DNA of 63,420 bases, the filler included, from Folioceros fuciformis (lineage: Eukaryota), in assembly GCA_049999805.1 (NCBI GenBank). It is 10 parts of 10 records of this genome, joined end to end, with 100 filler letters (N's around TTAATTAATTAA, not from the genome) between each part and the next. Parts side by side here need not be neighbours in the genome. Positions count along the whole stretch, not along the records: positions 34,058 to 39,723 come from JBNGIO010000949.1; positions 39,824 to 43,950 come from JBNGIO010000950.1; positions 44,051 to 54,727 come from JBNGIO010000951.1; 7 more parts are not named here. The stretch is one strand, 5' to 3'. The translations under genes were made by a program, and so were the position numbers. Positions 36,950-49,035 of this stretch are shown piece after piece; position 1 is the first letter of the stretch, and each line of letters opens with the position of its first letter. The notes below the pieces were generated by a model. It worked only from the letters and a program-made list of their open reading frames with translations. It did not search any database and had not been told where the DNA came from.

Positions 36950-38300
36950 ATCGGAGTAATACTTCAATGATTACTTTTGGACTTGACACATGAAATCCTG
37001 CAAACCAGGTTTCGGGATCTTACATCAGTGTTTGTTCCAAGTAGTCCAAGGCCGCATTGTTTGTTGACAATCTAGCCCAGTGGTAATTATTGTCAATGGA
37101 AAGAAAGGCAAATGGCTCCATCAGTTGTATAGAAAACTTCCCCTTGCTTGAGTAGTACATTCTGAATGGCTCGACTACTCTGTACCAAAACGCCATAGCA
37201 CATGCATATTCTTCACAAGATAGTGGGGGAGCATGTTCCCATTGCCAACATGAATGTGTAGGGAGCCTTGCATTCAACATCTGGGCATGTGTCTTTGCTA
37301 GGTCCCTAAGAACAAAGCCGCCACCTCCGGATCACCGGGGGAGTCATTAGGGTGATGATTGGGGACTGCTTTCCCTCCTGACTCTGATCCAGTGAATTTT
37401 GAGGGAGTGAGGTTAGAAGAGGCATCCACGAATGCCAGCGATTGTGGCGTGTTGCTCTTTGGAAGTTGCTATCTGGGGATTGAACAAGGATGCCTGTAAG
37501 GCCAATCGTGTGTTCATCTTGTCTATCAATTAAAGCCATTGGTGATTGGCAAACTAGTTTGAAGAAATGGTGACACAAAGTGCTTCATGTCCACCAGTGG
37601 GTTGGTTTTATGTTCAAGTTGTCCACCTAGGGGAGTAACTTGAATAGTGGAGCATAATGCAACTAGCAATCCATTGCGATGAGATTCATTTAGGGCTTAG
37701 GTTTGGCCCACCCCTTAGCTTTTTCTCTCTCTACATGCAGTTGTGGGGTTGCTATTGTTAATACAAGTTCCCATCTAGCACGTTGTCCTGTCGGGGGGCA
37801 CCGCATTGACACCCATGATGTTGTTTGAAATGTTATGTTCTTAATGGCTAGGAAGTGTAGGTTTCTTCTGTATAAGGATCATCCATATACTTCACTTAGA
37901 GCCAACCTTATTTTCACTAGGAGGGAATAGGTTTGTGTCGCTAATGTGGTTGTTGCGGATCCCACTAGGGTTTTGATTTCCAAGCACGTTGTCATCAACC
38001 TCCCTAGATGGACGGCGAAGGGTTGTGCAAGCGCCAAAGTCCATAAGTATTCTCATGTGTAAGACAGGGATATTTTCATTCCCCTTGCTCTTGAGACTCA
38101 TAGGGCCATGCACTAGGCCCATGAGGGCAACCTTGGTATCAAGGGACTTTTCAAGGTTCATCAAGGAGTGTGCCAAGGTTTATCAAAGTCATAGAAATGA
38201 TGTTCTCCCTCTTTCATATGTGGTGGTCTTCTTTCGACAATTTGTATCCATTACTTTGCAAAGAGCATTGACTAACATGGTTTTTAGAACAACAACAAGC
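36950..38300 (-). mobile_element. Highly decayed L1-type LINE ORF2 remnant
   Basis: In order on the minus strand: YQGCPHGP (about 38115-38140), VKYMDD (about 37875-37895), LIDKMNTRL, KIHW, GGGGFVLRDLAKTHAQMLNAR. Many stops. Confidence 0.55.
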
Positions 38301-38705
38301 GTAAATCAAGCCACTTCTTCGGTACTGGTGGTAGGTAGGCCTTTTGTTATTCCACATCATCACATTTTGGGAACAGTAGGTAGTTTTTGAGCAAGATGTT
38401 CAAAGGGGCTAGTACCCTTTTTCGTCTTTGGCCCTGATCTAGTTGTTCTTACAATCTTTGAAGTAGATGGGACTTTGCATCTCTTTTTCAATGATAAAAA
38501 ATAATCCTTATAAAATACAACATGGGTGTAACAATAATGTGAATTGATGACCCTTGGGTTTTTTTTCGGTTGTTACCATTTAGTGGGGCTTTTTTTATCA
38601 TTTTAATTCTCAATATATGTGACATTGCTAATTTCAATAAAAAAATATCATATCATAGTTTTAATACCTATTATATTTATGTATCCCAATTTAATATTAT
38701 CATAC

Positions 38706-38916
38706 CCAAATGGTTAAAAACGTTGTTGAAGCATGATGATTCTCTAAAATAGATATATCATTGTATCGTAATGCGAGTGGGTCATAAGTTGTAATAAGAA
38801 ATGAATTTGTTAATCCTGGATGATCAACGTCATGGCACAATGCAGCAAGCACAGTAGAAAATATTTCAACAGAATTAAGCATGTGTCGAGCATCACAAAT
38901 TGTTAATAGCATGTAC
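38706..38916 (-). CDS. Single internal exon of a class I 3',5'-cyclic nucleotide phosphodiesterase (PDEase_I; CAPE-like)
   Basis: Open frame YMLLTICDARHMLNSVEIFSTVLAALCHDVDHPGLTNSFLITTYDPLALRYNDISILENHHASTTFLTIW contains the HDxDHPGxxN and YND.S.LENHH signatures. Flanked by acceptor tttctaaaccAG and donor GTatga. Confidence 0.88.
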
Positions 38917-39723
38917 CTGGTTTAGAAAATATCAATGTTTAATGAACATATCAACTCTTCTTTTGGCTTAATTATATCATACTTGGATGCAAAGTAGTAT
39001 TCAAAATTCATCACGGTAGTATGCTAATATTATGGAGGAGGAGAAAAAGATTGAAACACTTATAATGAAGAAATGCAAGGAATGTACAACATTGAGTTCT
39101 ACGCTTGTGTTACGTAGGAAAGGTCATTTTTTCCCCTGATTTGTTACATGACCATGTGTGGGTGTACTAGGGAAGAGGTGGGGGGAGGAAACCCGACCCG
39201 ATGAAGAACTTGGGTAAAAGGCCGATAAATAGGTTGGTGGGTAGGGGACGAGCCTTCTAGGAAGAACTCCATTGGTGGGGTGTAGCGAAGACACACAACC
39301 CCTCCACAATGCCACTCTTGCCTTGCTTGTTCTTTTTCCCCTGGTTAGAGACTAAGTCATATAGGCCTCTCTTCCTTATATTTTGCTAGGGTTTTCAGCT
39401 AGATCACCACCAAAGTCTAAGGAGAATTAGGTAGCTAGGTGTCCAAACACCAAGAACAAGAACCATATGTGAATCACCTCTTAAGACGAAGGAAAAATTA
39501 GGGCCTTCCCATAGAAATTGAAGGTCAAAGTGTGGCTAGTTCTAGAGCCTAGAAAATAAAATAGAGATAGACTGACTCCCAAAGTGAATGGCTCCCTCCT
39601 CCTACAGGCTCACCTAATCTTATAGGAGCCTCTCTCTCTCTCTGACTTCACCTCTCTCTAACTTGAGAAATATTATTTTAATAGGACCACTGGCCTAGCC
39701 GGCTATCACCAGCCACTTATTTA

Positions 39724-39823
39724 NNNNNNNNNNNNNNNNNNNNNNNNNNNNNNNNNNNNNNNNNNNNTTAATTAATTAANNNNNNNNNNNNNNNNNNNNN
39801 NNNNNNNNNNNNNNNNNNNNNNN
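39724..39823. other. Artificial contig linker
   Basis: N44-TTAATTAATTAA-N44. Confidence 0.98.
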
Positions 39824-40014
39824 TTAGTCTAGTGACTCTTGCCGGGTAGGAGGAGTCAGTAGGGAAGTGTAGGAGGTAGTGGTGTCATGGTTAGTTGCTG
39901 GTGTTGGTGCTGGAGTAAGAGAGTGAGTGAAGTGAGTGAGGGAAGTTGCAGATCTGAGAGGTAAGGGTCGTTGTAGTGACTGGAGTGAGTTTGTGGGCAC
40001 GGAGAGAGGTGCAG

Positions 40015-40168
40015 CCGACCGCCGGACAGCGAGGCCTGTCCTACGCCTGATGGGAGCTGGAGGGGAGCCCTCGAATCCATCATCGAGTTGATCAAGTCCG
40101 ACCCTCCATCCACAGCAGCAAGGAACGCCATCGCTCCTTCGTGGGAACGAAACCCAATGTCTCAATGA
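40015..40168 (+). CDS. Possible last exon of an unidentified gene converging on FAX1
   Basis: After tgcag the frame reads PPDSEACPTPDGSWRGALESIIELIKSDPPSTAARNAIAPSWERNPMSQ*. Protein-like but not recognised. Confidence 0.25.
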
Positions 40169-40668
40169 CAGTGGGATAAGTGTGGCCACTAAGGTGGAAC
40201 CCATTGGCAATCAGTGTCCGGGGTTTTGCCTCCACATCTGGTCTCAAGCATGGCAAGAAGATAACGCATTTGCACACTAATTACTTCTCCAACTCGGTTT
40301 ATGGGACTGCAAGGTTGCATAAGCATTGACCAATGTGCTTTGTAGAACAACATAATTTACAAAACATCAAAGAACACTAGCCAAAAATGATAGTGATTTG
40401 TGCGGGCTCGAAACAGCAATAGGCACACACCTTGAAAATGCTCGGTAGCTATAGAAATAAGCAGTTATGAAAATAATATTCCATTGACAATACTTAGCTT
40501 CCTCATTTTGGCCTTAGACAGGTACATAGATTTATATTTATATAGTTCAGACAAACATATGTATGAAGGTACCAAGGCTCGCCACCGAAGTGGCAGGATA
40601 GAATAGAGGGAACAAAATTTTTATTTTCCACTATTAACACATTAAAACAGAATTGCCTGTACATACAT

Positions 40669-41328
40669 TTAGGCTGCTACAGGTTTGGCCTTCTTCGGTG
40701 GATTTCCTCCGGCAAGGAGCACGTGAGCGTAAAACAGAAGCATGGCGGCACTGATTGCAGACACAAAAGCACCTGGAAAAATGGCGATGGTTTTGCAGTG
40801 GGAGAAGATGTACCCTTCCCTCACCAATATGGCAGCAGCTACTGCCGCCTGACTCCCGATCTGAAGAAACGAGGCCTCTCCCTTCTTCCACACCTGCAGG
40901 CTTGTGGCACTGAAGCCGAGGATCAGCGCACCTGCCAAAACCAAAACTCCAAGACCAGATCTGCTGGCCGCGGTTGCCAATCCGGCCACACCGGTGGCAA
41001 CCAACACGCCGCCGTAAGGCAAGCCGAGGCAAAAATCGTGCAAAGCGGCTCTAGATTTCGGTGCGGGAGGAGATTCCGCCAAGCTGCGGTGATCTGAATC
41101 CGCCTTCCCCTTCATTCCACGGACCGGTGGCCGAGTCCTCTTCAGGAATTCGCAGCGTCGGTGCCGACTTCTGCCGGGAAGTGCAAGCTTGCCACTCAAT
41201 TTCACGGTACATCCAGCAGCCAGCAGCGGTATACGCTCCAAACCGCGCAGATCCGAGCGTAGGTCTGGCCCTTGCCGCAAGCACGAACTCCCGGTGTAGA
41301 CAAGCTGCGAAGAAAGGATCCTCGACAT
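40669..41328 (-). CDS. FAX1: Fatty acid export protein (Tmemb_14 family), plastid FAX1-like, intronless
   Basis: N-terminal Arg/Ser-rich transit-like peptide, then HDFCLGLPYGG, SLQVWKKGEAS, SAAMLLFYAHVLLAGGNPPKK. True ATG at 41328. Confidence 0.9.
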   Translation of the reverse strand: MSRILSSQLVYTGSSCLRQGPDLRSDLRGLERIPLLAAGCTVKLSGKLALPGRSRHRRCEFLKRTRPPVRGMKGKADSDHRSLAESPPAPKSRAALHDFCLGLPYGGVLVATGVAGLATAASRSGLGVLVLAGALILGFSATSLQVWKKGEASFLQIGSQAAVAAAILVREGYIFSHCKTIAIFPGAFVSAISAAMLLFYAHVLLAGGNPPKKAKPVAA

Positions 41329-41696
41329 CTTGGATGCCTTGACGACCCTGTGCTTTCAGTCTGAGCGTTCCAAGTGCAATACTACCCCCTGTTCACCAGT
41401 CTGCTGCCGAGATCTTGCGAGAAGCGAAAGCAGGCCAGAGATGCAATTTGGGGATGCTGCAAGTCGCCACGGCGACGCAAAACGCTTTTGATGAGCCAGC
41501 ACGCAAGTCGACGCCGGTACTCTTAGTCCAAAATCGAGAGGAAAGCGCGGCCAGGCCGGGAAGCAGCGCAGCACCAACACCATGGTGGCGCTGGCTCACG
41601 TCAAGGTAATACGGAGACTTGTACGTATTTGTTCTCCAACTGGCTGTTATTATGACAATGTAGTCAAATTCGGTAGCACCTTCCAGTGTGCGTGCA

Positions 41697-43703
41697 ATGG
41701 CTCGCTCTGGGTGGCGGGTTGGCCGCCTCCTGCCTCTTTCCTCCCGCGTCGCGAGCCTCTTGCGAACTTTCAATTCATCTTCGTCCATCGAAGAAGTTGT
41801 ATCCCACCAGCCGTGCGTGGGGAGTGAAAGGCATTCTGGAATTGGCACCTTTCGCATTTCGATTTCGGAGTACCTCGACTCCGGCAGGGCCACCTTGATT
41901 GAGCGAATTCGCTCTTGTGCTGGCAGCGTCCGCGGGATTCACTGTACTTCGCTCAGAACAGGGTCATGTCCATCTTCCATTGTGCTGTTAAACCCTAAAC
42001 TCTGCCGTCTTGTCCTCTCGTGCATTGGCAGATTTGCTGCATGGGTTCCGAGTTCTCATTTGCCCGAGATTTTTCACTACAGGGATGCGGATCCAGACTC
42101 CAGGGCTGAAGGGGGAGAAGGCACTCTCAAAATTGACAAGGTTCTGGAGCTTCTTCGATCTCAGCCCGTTGTGCCTAGGTCTGGCACCCCGGGGCCAGTC
42201 CCTCGCCCTAGAAAGAACCAAGCTTTTCAAAGGTCGAAGCACATAGGAGCTGTCTCCAATCTGGTGTTGATGCTGGAAGGCGCAAATACAACTGGTGACA
42301 TCGAGAGAATTCTCAACGATAAGGCCCTTGAGTTGCTCGGGCAGTCGGATTGGCCATGGTTTCCTTTGTTCGACGCTTTGCAGAAGGGTCCGAAACCACA
42401 TTTGGTGATGGAGGTACTTTGAAGGCTGTGTGTCGTATTCATGATTTGGTTTCAGTTTTAGGGTACGTGTCTGCAATTAGGAGCATCTGTCTCACCATGT
42501 CACTTCTCCCCGCAGGTCTTCAACTGGAGGAGGAGTCAGCTGAACAGGAAACCTGATGCCAAGGAATATTCCAAGATGATTTCCTGTGCTGGAAAATTGA
42601 ACCAGCTGGACACTGCTGAACTGTTGTTCGAAGAACTTAAGAAGCATGACATCCCGCATACAGCTGCCACCTACAATTCTCTTATATCTGCGTATGGGAG
42701 AAATGATAAGCCGGAAAAGGCTGTTGCTTTGTTCAAGGAGATGATGGGAACAGAGAATGCTCAACCGACGCTCGTCACATACAACACCCTCATCTCCATG
42801 TACAGCAGAGTCAGCGTTGTAGACGAGATGGATAAAGTATTCCAGGCATGTAAGGCTGCAGGTTTCAGTCCAGACAAACATACCTATAATGCTCTAATCT
42901 GGGGTTTCATGAGGGCTGGGCAGTATGCCAAGATGGAAGCAGTGTACCAAGAGTTGGTCGACGGTGAATTCAGACCTGACGTCATCACGTTCAATGCCCT
43001 CTTCTTAGCTTATTCCAGGATGGAGGCTGTGGACAAGCTGGAGGAGACATTTAAGTCTATGCAAAAGACGGGAATTCCCATAAATGCTATGGTCGGAGAG
43101 CTGTTGGTAGAGGCGTACGGTAAGAAAGGGGACTACGCAAAGATGGAAGGAATAATTAGGATTATGGATGACACCCCAAATGTGGAGTACGGTGCCCGAG
43201 TGTACAGTCTACAGATAGAGGCTTATGCAGCAGGGGGGCGTTTGGATGACATGGAAAGATCGCTTGACAAAATGCTTTTAGCAAGAAAGCTCTTCGCCGG
43301 AGCCAAAACGCTGGACGCCGTTATCACGGCTTTTTCAAATAATCGTTCCTATGACAGACTGCAAAAGGCAGTAGACAGAGTGAAGGTAACTGGGTGGGTC
43401 ATGTCCAGCACAACCTTCAATACATTGATATTTGAGTTTGGCAGGGGTGGCCTGCTCAGCAAGATGGAGGATGCCTTTGAGCAGATGAAAGCCTCAGGTG
43501 TTGAGCTCCACCCTAAAACCTTCCAGATTATGTACGACGCCTTCGAAAGAGTGAAGGATGGAAGTGGAATGGAAAGGACTCGACAGAGGATGACAGAAGC
43601 AGGATTCGATCCTTCGTCAGACTTAGACTTACAAGTGGTCCGTGCTTACAGCGATGAGGAAATATTTGGAGGTTGGCAGAGGCCTATTAGGACCACCAGC
43701 TGA
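41697..43703 (+). CDS. P-class pentatricopeptide repeat protein with probable organellar (mitochondrial-like) targeting peptide
   Basis: N-terminus MARSGWRVGRLLPLSSRVASLLRTF. An intron at about 42415-42516 joins LVME|VFNWRR. Tandem 35-aa PPR motifs TYNSLISAYGR, TYNTLISMYSR, TYNALIWGFMR, TFNALFLAYSR, TFNTLIFEFGR. No E/DYW domain. Start codon not certain. Confidence 0.88.
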
Positions 43704-43950
43704 CGGGTGCACAAGTTGAGATCCCAAATTTTGCTAGAATGAACCTGATCGAATTAGCGTAATCGAAATAGACGTGTAAGAATCTCACCAAAACGGACGG
43801 TACGCTTCGTTGACTAACGTTAACGAAGTCTTAAGAGGCGCGTTGCGGGTCACCTCACGCCCTCGCAGCAGTTGCCAGGTAATGTGGCTGGCCCTGCTTT
43901 TCACGTAGAGCAAAGACGCGGCTGGTCCTGCCTTCACGATAGAGCAAAGT

Positions 43951-44050
43951 NNNNNNNNNNNNNNNNNNNNNNNNNNNNNNNNNNNNNNNNNNNNTTAATT
44001 AATTAANNNNNNNNNNNNNNNNNNNNNNNNNNNNNNNNNNNNNNNNNNNN
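43951..44050. other. Artificial contig linker
   Basis: N44-TTAATTAATTAA-N44. Confidence 0.98.
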
Positions 44051-44229
44051 CTGCTAGGGAGGGGAAGGTGTGAAGGAGGGGAGGGGGACTGGACGCTGGC
44101 CCACTCTGCGCATGCACGTACTGTACACAAGGCGCAAGAGGACAAGCCTGCTTTCCTTCTCTCAAACAAGCAAAGCTTTTTACACGAGGAGTCGGGGGAC
44201 GTCATGGACATGGGATTGGCAGCCGCGCT

Positions 44230-46097
44230 GTATGTACATACTGTATGTACGCCGGATCCGTGCTGTTGCCAAGACATTCGAGGCGGTGGCCCAGCCCTCG
44301 CTCTCCTCCCGCCTCCACGTACGCTGCCGTGGCCAGCGCCAGCTGGAGCACTTGCACCAGGAGTTGGAGTCCAGGCTGCAGATTCTGAGCCTGCCGGTGG
44401 ACATGTGCCTGCACTATGTGCTGCACGGGAACACGGTACATATCGCACGCAGGTAAGGGGAGGGGGGCCTAGGGCGGGGGGCGCATGGCTCTGCACTTCC
44501 CGCAACCGCTGGCCCGCAGGAGGTTCTGTTCATGGCCGCCTCCTCCGTGCTGGCTTCCGGCAGGTCGCGCTGGGCACGGGCCTCCGGATCATCAATGACA
44601 TCGCCCCCCTCCAACAAGCGGTGGAGGCGCAGGCGTGCAATGATGTGCGTACAATGATGTGTAATTTTTCTGAGGATGGCTTTTCTAGGGCTCGTGCTTT
44701 CTTGGTTAGGGGAGAGGATGGGAGGGAAGCGGGGAAGAATTCACTGAATTGGATCGCGTGCGCTTCTGCAGAGCGTTTCCAAGGTGTCGCAGGCGGATGC
44801 GGCTGTGACAGCAAGCAATAGTACAAGTGCAGGGTGAGACAGCAAGCGAAATATGCTATCCTGCTAACGTTCACTGGAGTGTACTGCACATGCTTGGCCC
44901 TTGCTTACGCCTGTTGAAGAGCATGTGGTGATCATTTATTGCGGACGCTTGCGAGCAGAGGCTGGCGCTCCTCTGCGCTGCGCTGGGTTGGGCTGGGCTA
45001 CGCCAGGACGGACAGCAGCACAAGCAGCAGGTGTGTGAGGTTATGAAGCCCCTGCCTCTTGCTCCCCGCCACTCAATGCCTTCGCGTCTTCCCCTGCCTG
45101 ATGCGCGCCTGCCAGTGCTCTCCTCGCTTCTCGTTCCTCAATTGTCCCCTGCGCTCTCCCACCCCGTTTGTGAATTATGTCCGGACTGGGTCTGAGCTGG
45201 CTGGCTTGGTTGAGAAATTGCTCAGATTCGCAGTGCAGGAAGAGGTGGACTTGTCAATAGCACCCGAGGAAAGCTTGGCAAGTACGAAACACAACTCCGG
45301 CCTCACGCTGCCGTGCTGGTGAGAGAACCTCATGTCGCGGAATGTGTTCGAGTGTTCGTTGTTCGTTGGTCAGGTTTGAACTGGACTGAGCAACTAGAGA
45401 GTGGGTTTCTACCGATTGTTGACCTCAATGGCGTGGTTGCTCACAGTTACGTCTTTATCCTCTCACTCTCCCTACCTGGGCGGTTCTCAGGTCAAGCAGC
45501 CAAGCTGTTTTCGCTTGGATACAGTTGGATCTCTCATTGGCACTCGCCATAGCTGGATCTCTTATCGGTACTCATCAATCAGGCGATCCGATGTGAATAA
45601 TTCGCAATGGTTTAGATTCTACCTGTTGTAGTCGTCGTGCTGCAGAGTGTTCAACGCTACATGTTCTTGGGCTGTTTTTGGACTCAATGAACATCACCTA
45701 GAGCGATGCTACATGGCTCCTGGGCACTTGGAGCCATTTGTTTTTGTGAGGACAGTGTATCTGTCTGCATCAATGTCACAGGGGCTGTAAAAGCTCTAGT
45801 TCGTGTTCATTCACCCAAGTCCATGAACATATAGCGTGTAGCTCTTGCAGCATGATGACGTAGCAACAGGTAACAGTTGAGAGTTCGAATCTAAGCTATT
45901 GCCAATTCATCAGTTTGGGGCCGCCTGTCTGCTCGATGAGATTGAATGGGAGATGCAGTTACGCCCTAGAGCAAAGCCTGCTTGATGCGTGTCGATGCGA
46001 GGTGGAGCTGCGCCCCAGGGAAAAACCTGCTTCATCAGTACCGAGATGGGAGATGGAGCTACCCCTGAAGAAAAGAAGGCCCCTCAGGTCCATCTGA
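44230..46097 (+). CDS. Possible 3' exons of an unidentified spliced gene
   Basis: Protein-like segments bounded by splice-like sites: LEHLHQELESRLQILSLPVDMCLHYVLHGNTVHIAR|gtaag, GRLLRAGFRQVALGTGLRIINDIAPLQQAVEAQ, RLALLCAALGWAGL. Family not recognised. Confidence 0.3.
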
Positions 46098-47949
46098 GAA
46101 CACACCTAGAGGGGAAACAATGAGGACAGAAATACATTTATGCCGAGGGACATACGGTATATACATACACATGTACTGGACACAGTATCCACCAATGTAC
46201 ATATATATGTATGGCGACTAGGTCTCCAGTCTGTAGAGACAGACGCTCGTTGGTCCCGTGCTGTCCGAACCTTGCTCATCCATACCACCAACCAACAATT
46301 AAATAAGGGAAACTTCCAGAGCAGTTGTTGTGGCATGAATGTGGCTGGGCAGGATGCACTTTACACCGCTCTCTTTTTCAGCGCTTCACGGAACCATAAA
46401 TCAACGGGCAGAAAAGGTAAAGGTTCGGCAGAAAAGGTACTTTGACAGTGGCCGGTGAGATTCTATGTTCGGAACATTCGCGTGTGGCAACACGTCAGGT
46501 TGTTACATCAGTGATGGAGAGTTGAAAGTACTGTACAGATGCATTTTCCTCGATAATTGGCTCCTCTCCTCTTTTCGATTAACTGATGACGTTTCCTCTC
46601 GACCTTGTCACACAAGCAAAGGCGGTCACTTCAGCATTACGTTCTCGTAGGTCAAGCTCTGGAACAGAACTGGGACTGTTATTCGAGCCTCCGAGTTGCC
46701 ACCGCAAAATACTCTCTGGGACGTTGCACTGTCTGACTTCGATCGGAAAACGCTGCAGGATTTTTCTGGGAAGCCGGTACACTATGTCGTTCGGGTTACT
46801 AAATTCCACTGTAACACACTTTTGTGGAACTTGTGGTCTGCTAGTGCATCACCAACAGACCCACAGTAGAAGCTCTTCTCTTCTCCTTTCTTTGTAAAAG
46901 TCCAAGTGAACATTAGCAGACATGCCATTGGGCAATGCGGTGAAGATGATGGCCCCGCTGAAGACATAAACTTTCATCAAGCAGCACTTCACCAGAATGA
47001 GAAGTGATACGACCAAAAATTTGGCCCCGCCTTAACCTCGTTTCTCTTTATGGTCAGTAGCTGATTTCTAACCCACATAATTTGCCATTTGTGGATCATA
47101 GTATGCTCTTTTGCAATGTATGCTGCAAGTGCGGGAAGACGAGGAACACTGGTGTCTGCCAGATGACCGTATCAGCTCGGTTTTCAACAATGTCAGGTAG
47201 TCACGTAACCTCTAACGAACGGTGGAAATGTTTGTGCATACTCTTTGCCGACTTTGTAGAATCCAGATGTCTTCGTGGCAGGAATGTAAGTGGGCCGGTT
47301 GTCAGTATTCAAAATCCCGCTACTGTAGGCAGTGGTTTCGAGTGTTCGACTCCTATATACCCAAAGCATCAGACAAATCGCAAACCGGCAGCTTCAGTTC
47401 ATCAAGTGCTTCAAGTAGCAGGTCTGACGTTGTCGACCAACGTTGATCGAGCTGAATGTAGCGAGCCCTACGAAAAGGGCATGGAGTTGTGTTGTTCCTA
47501 TGTAAATTCTTGAATAAAAGAAGTTTGTCTTCCAATTAGATTGGCATTAATCCCAGAAGGCCGGAGTGACTCAATCTGAATTGTTTCTGTTCCTTGTGCA
47601 GTTGATCTTGCCACCCGCAGCAAAGCATCCTGTAGGACTTTTGTAGATAATCTGTAAGAATCGAAATAACCTCGTCCCATGTACATAATGCGAATAAACC
47701 CAAATGTTTATCACTACCTACCTGATGCTAGACAAAAATACAATGGTCACCTTCATCCTGAACAATCGATCTGATGGCCAGCGCCGTCCTATGCACTGTC
47801 AGAGCCAATCCTGATCTATTTCGCTTATACTCCCAAGCAGGCTTCGCCCACACACTCCAGAACGAACACCATCCTCGTTCTCGCGAAGAGTCGAGGTAAA
47901 CCCCTTCCTTGGATGTATACTCCAGTGTACTTCCCGGACTAGTGACGTC

Positions 47950-48879
47950 CTAGTGAATGTTAGGAGGATAACATTTCGCTTGCTGTCTCACCCTCCTCTT
48001 GTACTCCTCGGGATCCTGTTACGATGGTAACACCAAGAAAGGAAAGTGAACGACCAATACTCCAAAGGTGGTGCGTTGGACACACAGCCTTGCGGTCAGG
48101 AGAAGGCCAGCTCTTCCAGGGCACGAGGGTCTGCTCACGTACCTGAATAAACAGATGATAGGCCTCTGTTTGAGCAGGATCTGCCGGGTTAGGAGCGTCA
48201 AGAAGCTCTTGAATTCCAACCAGAATCTGCTTCACGGTGATTGCCGGTCTCCAACCCTACCAGGCACGCAAGTACAACAGGTCAACACGAGACCTGGTGG
48301 CATCATGAGCGAAGGAAATCCCATGAGTTTAGGGTACTCACAGCATCCTCGTTCAGTATAGATAGGCACACGGTTCCCGAAGGGTAGACGTTGGGGTGGA
48401 AGAAGGACGGGGGGAACTTGCACTTTGGTGGCTTGCTGGGGTAGTCCTCGCTAAAATGAATCGCTATCGGATAATAGCCACCTTCCCAGTCAGTCTGGGA
48501 GACATACTCAAACAATCAGAAGGCGTCAGCTACCGCCCGTCAATCTACCAATTCGCCAGCTAGGTGCAAGCATCAACTGTCCAGCTCCTTCAGCAACTGT
48601 GGAGCTTCGCTTACCCCGACTTTGCCTGGCAGACTGCACTGCCATACCATCAAGTTGAGCGACCCATCTGACAATGACTCTGGCCTGGCCACAAAACCCT
48701 GCAACATGTCCCCTCCGTCAAACAGAGAGAAAGCTACAACACCACTCCTGGTGCCAATGGTTCCTATCCAAACCGTGTGACACAAGACGAGCGAAAAGAG
48801 ACAGTCCCACATGCGGATGGTTCTTGCGCCACGCCTTCCGCTCCTCTGCAAGGCGGCCCCGAGCAATCCCTCCCGACAT
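47950..48879 (-). CDS. SCE1: SUMO-conjugating enzyme E2 (UBC9/SCE1), 5 exons
   Basis: [30 protein letters not shown]...[18 protein letters not shown]...[49 protein letters not shown]...|[21 protein letters not shown]. Confidence 0.96.
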
Positions 48880-49035
48880 GGTCACAAGTCTTCGCGAACA
48901 GGGTTCTCCGTGAGCATAAATGGCCCAAAAAAACAACCATTTCTTCCAATCACTCTACTATAGCCGTTGGTTCTGGAGTTGGTTGTGGTACCCGCGTGAA
49001 AGGCTAGGGCTGTGGCAGTGCTGGGCGTGTGAACG
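48880..49035. promoter_or_regulatory. Compact bidirectional promoter between SCE1 and ORN
   Basis: Only 156 nt separate the divergent ATGs. Contains site II GGCCCA (48922-48927) and CCAAT (near 48946). Confidence 0.6.

Noticed and set aside
39108-39708. Possible solo LTR (TGTTACG...CTATCA)
   Set aside because: TG...CA ends are present, but the 5-bp flanks (GCTTG and CCAGC) do not form a TSD and there is no second copy to confirm it.
45831-45905. tRNA-like segment (TAGCTC ... GTTCGAATC ... GCCA)
   Set aside because: A-box and B-box spacing is plausible, but the acceptor and T stems do not pair properly. At most a decayed tRNA or SINE relic.
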